64,000 bases of DNA from the NCBI GenBank assembly GCA_951406725.2, contig OX597824.1, positions 42,470,001-42,534,000 of the forward strand. Reading direction: 5' to 3'. The notes below the pieces were generated by a model. That model did no database searches, had not been told where the DNA came from, and saw only the letters and a list, made by a program, of their open reading frames with translations. Source of the DNA: Octopus vulgaris. Lineage: Eukaryota. Both the position numbers and the translations under genes were made by a program. Positions 54,785 to 64,000 of this stretch are shown piece by piece (positions within the stretch are counted from its first letter, which is position 1; each line of letters begins with the position of its first letter).

Positions 54785-54851
<67 letters not shown>

Positions 54852-54963
54852 AGACAGACAGACAGATAATGAGATAGAATTGATCTTTCAACAACTAACA
54901 GAAACAGGCTCATGAATACAGACACATTCACATACAAGCACACACATACAATTAAATACACAA

Positions 54964-55001
<38 letters not shown>

Positions 55002-55689
55002 ACGCGCGTGTGCATAAATGCACAGACCAACTGGCTGTCAGGCTGACAGACTGACTAAGCTGCTAAATGACATTTTCAGCAAATTTCCTAAAGAATTGCT
55101 CGCGATGCAACGGTAAATTTTGCATCAGGGGCCAGGCACCCCAAGCAGCCAAGCCATCATACTGGTCGAAGTCGGTAAGGCGTAGTGAGTGAATGGATGG
55201 GAAGGGAAAAGCTATAGTTGACATGAGGTAGGAGAGAAGGAATTAAACATGGAGGGAAAGGGTGAAGCTGGGGACGGTGAGAGGAAAGTTATGTGTCCTT
55301 AGTGCAAACAATAGACACAAGGTAGCGCTGATATTTCTACTCCTTCAGCTTCTTTACTCTTCCTCTTCGTCACGGCCGCCGCTACCACCACCTCTGCAGC
55401 TTGTCTTCAGCGTTGTCACCGTCGTCGTCCTCGTCGTCGTCGTCGTCCTTAGCCCCGTCTCTAGGGACTGTGAAGAAGCCACGAAAGATGGTTTCTTCAC
55501 AAGGCGTCAGAAACTCCCCACCCGGACACCACTCACCTTCCACTACACCCACTTCTCGCAGCGGTGCGGAATGTTCTTTGTACACCCCGACCATGCTCCA
55601 CCTTTCTCTGCTAACAACGCCAATGCCGACACCAACACTGCCACTACTACTACTACTACTACTTCTACTACTACTACTACTACTACTAT

Positions 55690-55720
<31 letters not shown>

Positions 55721-56014
55721 GTATGACTATCGCCATTATCATGAATATAATCATTACCGCAATAGCAACAAAAATTACCACCAAGACAAATATGATGATG
55801 ATTATAATGATGTTGAAAGCGGCGATGATGCTCATGCTGCTGATGATGATGACGACGACGACAATGAGAAAAGTGAAGATGATGATGATGATGATGAGGA
55901 GGAGGAGGAGGAGGAGGAAGATTATTATCAGGATCATGGCCATCATCATCATCACTATTATCGTCGTCGTCGTCGTCATCATCATCATCATCACTATTAT
56001 CGTCGTCGTCGTCG

Positions 56015-56051
<37 letters not shown>

Positions 56052-56273
56052 CGTCGTTACACCAGCCCTCACCAACACCACCAGCCCAACCACCAACCCC
56101 TCCATCACCGTCACCCTCACCATCATCATGGCCAACACCACAATACCACCAGCACCATCAACAACATCGTAACCACAACCCACCACCACCGCCGCTACCA
56201 CTATCATCATCATCATAATTACTACAGCTAAATATATTTTTAAAAAGAAAATACGAATAGGAATACACACATA

Positions 56274-56337
<64 letters not shown>

Positions 56338-56522
56338 GCCGATGGAAAATCTATATTGATTGGAAATTTGAGAATGTAAAATGCATGAAGGGGTTATAGA
56401 AAAATAAAGAGGTGAGAGTGGAGGACAGAGTAAAGTGAGATTTTAAAGGGCGGGAAAAGTGACACATAGGCAAGGACATACACGTACCGTAAGTCATGAA
56501 GTAAGAAGGAAAACGACGTAGT

Positions 56523-56600
<78 letters not shown>

Positions 56601-56887
56601 GAAAAAGTAATAGTGGGAGAGAGGAAGAAGAGGAGAGGTAAGAGAAATATAGATTGACAGGAATAATAAGAGAGAGAGACAGGGAAGTGTGAGAATGAAG
56701 AGAAAGTTTGGAAGCAAGAGAGATCCAAGATTAAAATAGATCGAATGCTGAGAAACAGGAAGGGGGAGTAGAAGAGAGAGACAGTGAGAGAAGGAGGAGG
56801 TAGAGGGAAGAGAGAGAAAAGAAGCAACAAAGTGTTAAAAGAGATAGCTTATGATAACCCAATGGAGAGATGAGGATATCTATCTAC

Positions 56888-56979
<92 letters not shown>

Positions 56980-57238
56980 CTATCTATGTATCTCTATAAT
57001 TAATAATATCAAAGAGCAATCAGAAATATTTGAAATTTCTATTACCAGTGGCCTAGCGTGTAAAAAAATTTAGTCAACTGACTATATATTATTCATATAA
57101 ATACAGCGTACATTTAAACACATAAGAGGTATCCATCATAGGATTTCTTACACGCTTGAGAGGACATTTAAGTTCCAAACCACTATTAGGGATAACATTT
57201 CGAAGGTAATGAAAAATAAAAACATTTACCATCCAACT

Positions 57239-57308
57239 CCTGGACCAATGGCTTCAGACATTTTTTAGTAAATAAAATATTTTGTAAAGCGAAGTCTTCT
57301 TCAGCAGG
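57239..57308 (-). ncRNA. Type I hammerhead motif in the left arm of the same palindrome (GAAA mutated to GAAG)
   Basis: Minus strand: cctg CTGAAGA agac...gtct GAAG ccattgg TC cagg. Confidence 0.55.
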
Positions 57309-57514
57309 TACACCTTAGACTAAATATATATACACAAGGCAATCCAGTATATGTCCTGTGCTTATACATTCTAATTTTTCAAATCTACCGCGCAGGCGCA
57401 GCTCCTTGTCGCCAGTAAATAAAATGCCGGCTTTTCGATTCCAAAAATTAGAATTTATAAGCATGGGGCATATACTGGATTGCCCGTATATATATATATA
57501 TAATCTAAGGTGTA

Positions 57515-57584
57515 CCTGCTGAAGAAGACCTCGCCTAGCAAATTAACTGTATTTACTAAAAAGATATGAAACCATTGGTCCAGG
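57515..57584 (+). ncRNA. Type I hammerhead motif in the right arm of a palindrome (stem II damaged)
   Basis: cctg CTGAAGA agac...gatat GAAA ccattgg TC cagg. Confidence 0.55.
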
Positions 57585-57735
57585 AGTTGGATGGTAAATA
57601 TCTTTATTTTTCATTCCCTTCGAAATTTTATCCCTAATAGTTGTTTGGAATTTAACTGTCCTCTCTAGCGTGTAAGGAATCCAATGATTGATACCTCTTA
57701 TGCGTTTAAATGTACACTGTATATATATATGTACA

Positions 57736-57777
<42 letters not shown>

Positions 57778-58038
57778 CTCAATCTATTTACCTGTCTGTC
57801 TTTGATTGTACATTTACACATGTGTATATACATACACATTCACACATACACACACACACACTCACACACACACATACATATATGTATATGCATGTTTATA
57901 TATATAATGTTTGCATATATATATATATACACACATTTATATTTATATATATATATATATAATACATGTATAAATATACGCATTTATATATACATATATA
58001 TATTATATATATTCATATATATAAATACACACACATGC

Positions 58039-58129
<91 letters not shown>

Positions 58130-58277
58130 ATTATAATTAAGGGCGCTGAAGGAACAGACTATATATGCTAGAGATAGACGTCAAATGACTATAAACCACT
58201 TTGAATTCGTACTCCATTAGCACAAGTTTGAATGCGAGGAAAATGGATAAAAAAGATTTCGTAAAATTATTATGGTT

Positions 58278-58337
58278 TACCCTAAATCTTCAAATTTCTG
58301 GTTTAATAATAGGTACTCTACCATCATCAGTATGGTA
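58278..58337 (-). ncRNA. Type I hammerhead ribozyme motif
   Basis: Minus strand: taccata CTGATGA tggt..acca GAAA tttgaaga TT tagggta. Stem I 6/7, stem II 4 bp, short stem III. A degenerate mirror copy (CCGAAGA) lies at about 59245-59304 (+). Confidence 0.62.
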
Positions 58338-58642
58338 TACCGAACGTACATAAAAGAAAATACATTTACGTACCCATACAAATACACCCGTATAAATACG
58401 AATACATACATATATTAACACGTATACACGAAGCAAAATCCTATTATCCCTCTCAACTACATGCGGATTTGATCAGAATAATACCGCAGTAAATATAATG
58501 ACCGGAGTGAATTAATATACATGCATACATAATTAAGGATAAAATCATTAAAATTTAATGATTTTATCAGTGGCCAGCATCTAATAAAAACCATGTAACT
58601 TATCCATAAATTTTGTGTACATGTATATATATATGTGTGTTT

Positions 58643-58676
<34 letters not shown>

Positions 58677-58850
58677 TCACTCCAATCATTACATTTACTG
58701 CGATATTATTCTGATCAAATACGCATATGGTTGAGACGGATAATAGGATTTTGCTTCGTATATACGTGTTAACATATGTATGTATTCGTATTCATGCGGG
58801 TGTATTTGTATGGATGCATATATGTATTTTCATTTATGTACGTTCGGTAT

Positions 58851-59236
58851 TGGAAGCACTCCGTCGGTTACGACGACGAGGGTTCCGGTTGATCCGAATC
58901 AACGGAACAGCCTGTTCGTGAAATTAACGTGTAAGTGGCTGAGCACTCCACAGACACGTGTACCCTTAACGTAGTTCTCAGAGATATTCAGCGTGACACA
59001 GAGAGTGACAAGGCTGGCCCTTTGAAATACAGGTACAACAGAAACAGGAAGTAAGAGTGAGAGAGAAAGTTGTGGTGAAAGAGTACAGCAGGGATCACCA
59101 CCATCCCTGCCGGAGCCTCGTGGAGCTTTAGGTGTTTTCGCTCAATAAACACTCACAACGCCCGGTCTGGGAATCGAAACCGCGATCCTATGACCGCGAG
59201 TCCGCTGCCCTAACCACTGGGCCATTGCGCCTCCAC
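58851..59236 (-). mobile_element. Full-length tRNA-derived SINE (family C) with TSD gttcggtat
   Basis: Near-identical to 36308-36693; TSD at 58842-58850 and 59237-59245. Confidence 0.9.
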
Positions 59237-59603
59237 GTTCGGTATACCTTACCGAAGAAGCTAGGGTATTTATTACTAAACCAGAAATTTGAAGATTTAG
59301 AGTTAACCATAATAATTTTACGAAATCTTTTTTATCCATTTTCCTCGCATTCAAATTTGTGCTAATGGAGTACAAATTCAAAGTGGTTTATAGACATTTG
59401 ACAGTGCCCTTAATTATAATTATATCTATATAATTAAAGATTTAAGTATTAATTTTACCTATTTGTTTTTTATTATATACTGGCCATTGATAAAATCATT
59501 GAAAATTAATGATTTTATCTTTAATTATGGATATATGTGTGTGTGTGTCTGTATATACACAGGAAGAGAGGCAGACAGACAAGCAAAACGTCAGACAGAT
59601 AGT

Positions 59604-59679
<76 letters not shown>

Positions 59680-59799
59680 CAGACAGATAGACAGACAGAC
59701 AGATAAATAGATAGATGATAGATAGATAGATACAAACATACATACATACATACATTCATACATATATACATACATACATAGATACATACATACATAGAT

Positions 59800-59884
<85 letters not shown>

Positions 59885-59963
59885 ACAGGCAGACATACAG
59901 ATAGATAGGTAATTTAAAATGTCAAGCAGATGGAACAGAGATTGACTAGAAAACACTTCGAGT

Positions 59964-60008
<45 letters not shown>

Positions 60009-60134
60009 AGAGGGAGACATGTTTGCGTAAACAAAGAAGGAAAATGAAACAAGAGAGAGAGGAAACTGGTAATAAATGAGAATGTAAAAGAACGAAGAAA
60101 TGGAAAGAAGGAGTAAAAAGAAAAGAAAAGAGAA

Positions 60135-60176
<42 letters not shown>

Positions 60177-61569
60177 CTAGTAAAATTAGAAGAAAGAGAA
60201 GACAGGAAGGAAAACGGGGATAAAAATTAAAGTGAGATGTTGAGCTGTTTTAGACACGTTGATAACCATCGGATTGGCGATACGTCTTAGCCTCTTGCCA
60301 TTTCCCCAAGAGATTCATTCGGCTATAGACGTCTGAGGCAAGCCGATGCTTATGGATATGTGTATGAGCAGTTTGAGACTCTGTGTATGTCTGTGTGTGT
60401 GTGTAGTGTAGTGTAGTGTAGTGTGTAGCGTGTGTGTGAGTTTATAGTGTTCCAGCACCCTGGCCCAATGACAAACTACCGATAAGATAAATAATACACG
60501 GGCGCCATTTTCTTCCATTTTTCTCAGTTTCTGCATTAGACGAACGAAAGCAAGGTGGATTTACACGAAAACACACTTGCACCGCCCCATCCACCACCCA
60601 CACACACATACACATGAGCACACATACACACGCACGCATACAGAACACAGCTCACACACATTTATACGTACATGATAATACACCCAGATTCTGAAACACA
60701 CACAAGTGTATACTCAAATAAGAGACGACAAAATAATATATAAAAAAAGAACAAAATTAAGAGAAAGAGCGAGAGAGAGAGAAAGAGCGAGAGAGAGAGA
60801 GAGCAGAGACTGAGACAGGGAGAGGAGACAGCGTAGCGTAAGGAAAGGCAAGTAAGAATGCTAAAGCTAGTATGGCGGGGAATGAACGGAAAGGATAAGA
60901 TAGAAAGAGCGAGGGGTCGGGGAGAAAATTTGTAAATTAACTTAAGCTCCTGATATAGAGGTGAGCGCTGGATTTCGCATTGCGTCACTTGTGATTATGA
61001 TGAGGCAGCAACGATCAAGGAGGGATGAAGCCGATTCGCCTGTCATTTGGTGTTAGTGCTACTCCCTCTGGACACCCATTAACTTCCCTCAATCAAAATA
61101 TCTAGTGTCAAAGTGTGCCTGCATGATTCTGTCTGCACGCCTCTTGTGTGTGTGTGTGTGTTTGTCTATGTGTGTGTCTGTAAAAATTTTTAGTTTGACA
61201 TACAGACATATAAACACACAGATGCACACACACACACACACACACATACTCACACTCACACACACACACACACACGCACACACACAAATACAGAGAAACG
61301 GAGGGAATGTGGGTGTGGGACTATGGACTTTCTCGCTTCTTAATTTTCTCTTCCATTTTGTCGCCATCTTTGGGCATGATTGTGTTTCTATTAATCTCTC
61401 TCTCTTTCTCTTTCTCCTTTATATACACATATGTGTGTGTGTGTGTGTGCGTATGTATGTATGCATGCTGTATGTATGTATGCGCGTGTATGTATGTATG
61501 TTTAGAGAGAGAAAGTGAGATTATAAAGCCATTATTGTCTAAACCTAGATATTTCTATGTATATGATTA

Positions 61570-61741
<172 letters not shown>

Positions 61742-61843
61742 CATACATATACGTATACATATATTACATGCTTGTGTGTGTGAGTGCGTGTAAGCGCAAA
61801 TAGAGTATTAATGGTTCAATAATATAAATATGTAGATATATGC

Positions 61844-61879
<36 letters not shown>

Positions 61880-62468
61880 ATGTATATCTATATCTATACA
61901 TATCGACACACGCATATTTGTAGATTAACAGAGATATCGTACATTACTTATGACTTATGAACTCTTCTTGCATTTAAATATGTATGTGTATTACATGTGT
62001 GTGTCTGTGTGCGTGTGTGTGTGTCCGTGTGCGTGTGTGTGTGTCTGCGTGCGTGCGTGCGAGTGTAATGGTGGATAAGTGAAAGAAATAGATATAGATA
62101 TAGAGAACTGTATATATTTTATGAATTCATCCCGACACACATACCAATGAGTACAAAGACAGGGAGAAATATGTGTGTGTATGAGTATGTGAGTGTGTGT
62201 GTGTGTGTGTGTGCGTGCGTATGTGTACGCGTGCGTGTGTGTGTGTTTGTGTATTTGTGTGAGAAAAAGTGTGTTGTATGTAGTTTTTGGCATTGGCATA
62301 ATCCAGATCTATCTGGGAGAAGCATTTCGATATTAGGGTGTTTCATACTTTCGCTATGAGAATTACCATATTCTAAAGTATGATTGGCTTCGACTAGGGA
62401 AAGAGTAATGCTGCATTCCTAGAAATAAAGCCCTCGATCGTGTGTGCAATTAATATATGTTGTATGTA

Positions 62469-63052
62469 AAGCGGCGAGCTGGCAAAAACGTTAGCACGCC
62501 GGGCGAAATGCGTAGCCGTATTTCGTCTGCCGTTACGTTCTGGGTTCAAATTCCGCCGAGGTCGACTTTGCCTTTCATCCTTTTGGGGATCGATAAATTA
62601 AGTACCAGTTACGCACTGGGGTCGATATAATCGACTTAATCCGTTTGTCTGTCCTCGTTTGTCCTCTCTGTGTTTAGCCCCTTGTGGGTAGTAAAGAAAT
62701 AGGTATTTCGTCTGCCGCTATGTTCTGAGTTCAAATTCCGCTGAGGTCGACTTTGCCTTCATCTTTTCGGGGTCAATTAAATAAGTACCAGTTACGCACT
62801 GGGGTCGATATAATCGACTTAATCCGTTTATCTGTCCTTGTTTGTCCTCTCTGTGTTTAGCCCCTTGTGGATAGTAAAGAAATAGGTATTTTGACTGCCG
62901 CTACGTTCTGAGTTCAAAATCAACCGAGGTCGACTTTGTCTTTCATCCTTTCGGTGTCGATAAATTAATTACTAGTTGCATACTGGGATCGATCTAATCC
63001 ACTGTCCCCCTCCCCCAAAATTTCGGGTCTTGTGCCTAGAGTAGGAAAGGAT
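62469..63052 (+). mobile_element. SINE family B with internally tandem-repeated unit of about 184 bp (about 3x)
   Basis: Same unit at about 62518, 62703 and 62886; same head and tail as 32325. Confidence 0.85.
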
Positions 63053-63400
63053 ATATGTTGTATGATTTGCGCAAGTGTGGGTGAAAGCGGTTTTTTTTTT
63101 TATCTAGGCCGTCGATATATGGTAAGAGGGTTGCTTCTTAAACACATGGTTTTGGGTCCAGTCCCTTTGCGTAGGACCTCGGGAAATTGTCTTCTATTAT
63201 AGCTTCGGGTTGACCAAATCCACTCACAAAGCCTTGGTCAACCCGAGGCTATAGTAGAAGACAATTTCTCAAGTTTATGCAGATGGCACGATCCAACTTA
63301 GTGAATAAATCCGCCCTTGTTTGTTCAGACATGTACTTTGTATAAAGATACTTTCCAAATTCTTCCGAAGTGCAGATTCCAGGGTAGATGGGTAAAATAC

Positions 63401-63599
63401 AAATGTGTAACAAAGATGTATAAGTGTCAATTTGTTACGGCCGTTTCGAGTGACTCCTTTAATTGATCAACGAGAGCATTACATCATTACAAAGAAAACC
63501 GGTTTTCTTAATAATGATGTAATGCTTTATTGATCAATTAAAGGAGTCGCTCGAAACGGCCGTAATGACTTGACGCTTATACATATTTGTTACTCATTT
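63401..63599. repeat. Fold-back palindrome of about 200 bp
   Basis: Centre aagaaaacc|ggttttctt (63500/63501); arms ttacggccgtttcgagtgactcctttaattgatcaa / ttgatcaattaaaggagtcgctcgaaacggccgtaa. Confidence 0.9.
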
Positions 63600-64000
63600 A
63601 TATTATATATATATATAATAAATTGCTTAAGAGAATAGGCACAGATATTCATATTCTAATCATTGTGCAGTCATAAAGAACTCAATATGACCGCATAGTG
63701 ATTAAAAATGAATATCAATGTCTATTCTCTGTTTTCTTAAGAATGAAGTCTCTATAGAGACAACTGGATTTTCGGAAGTGAAAAGTACTTGGAATTGTCA
63801 AACTAACCACATACATGCATATATGTGTATGTCTGTGTGTGTATGTGTGCGCGCGTGCGTGCGTGTGCATGCGCATGTATGTGCACGTGTGTGTGTGTGC
63901 GGATGTCTTTTCCTTTGTGTTCGTCCTCCGCGAGCGCTTGATAGCCGGTGTTCGTGTGTTTACGTCCCCATAGCATAGCGGTTCAGAAAAGACGCCGATA

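Larger units (their letters stand above)
57101..57722. repeat. Long diverged inverted repeat (about 285-bp arms, about 50-bp spacer)
   Basis: 57101-57385 is reverse-complementary to 57436-57722 (e.g. accatccaactcctggaccaatgg / ccattggtccaggagttggatggt). Confidence 0.9.
58131..59530. repeat. Long diverged inverted repeat (about 380-bp arms), right arm interrupted by a SINE
   Basis: 58131-58512 is reverse-complementary to 58675-59419 (excluding the SINE at 58851-59236); 58527-58590 is reverse-complementary to 59465-59530. Confidence 0.9.

Noticed and set aside
55401-56231. 276-aa ORF
   Set aside because: Beyond the first ~75 codons it is trinucleotide repeat that is open in several frames; not callable as a CDS.

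Overview
AT-rich, microsatellite-saturated eukaryotic DNA, probably intronic or intergenic. The SINE families and repeat landscape suggest an octopus (coleoid cephalopod) genome; this is an inference. No host protein-coding gene could be identified with confidence, and almost all listed ORFs are microsatellite artefacts. Recognisable content: (i) R4/Dong-type REL-endonuclease LINEs in microsatellites, one with an uninterrupted 482-aa C-terminal ORF in (TAA)n; (ii) RTE LINE fragments; (iii) a Penelope-like GIY-YIG fragment; (iv) a decayed Buster/Charlie hAT transposase; (v) two Merlin-like MITEs with 8-bp TSDs and two mariner-like MITEs; (vi) many tRNA-derived SINEs of several modular families. 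The most interesting signal is a set of non-coding, microsatellite-embedded repeats carrying minimal type I hammerhead ribozyme motifs (best at 49187-49270, 58278-58337 and 57239-57584). Several occur as long fold-back palindromes, and two families show terminal redundancy or circular permutation, as expected for retrozyme-like elements copied from circular or multimeric RNA by Penelope machinery. All alignments and folds were done by eye.
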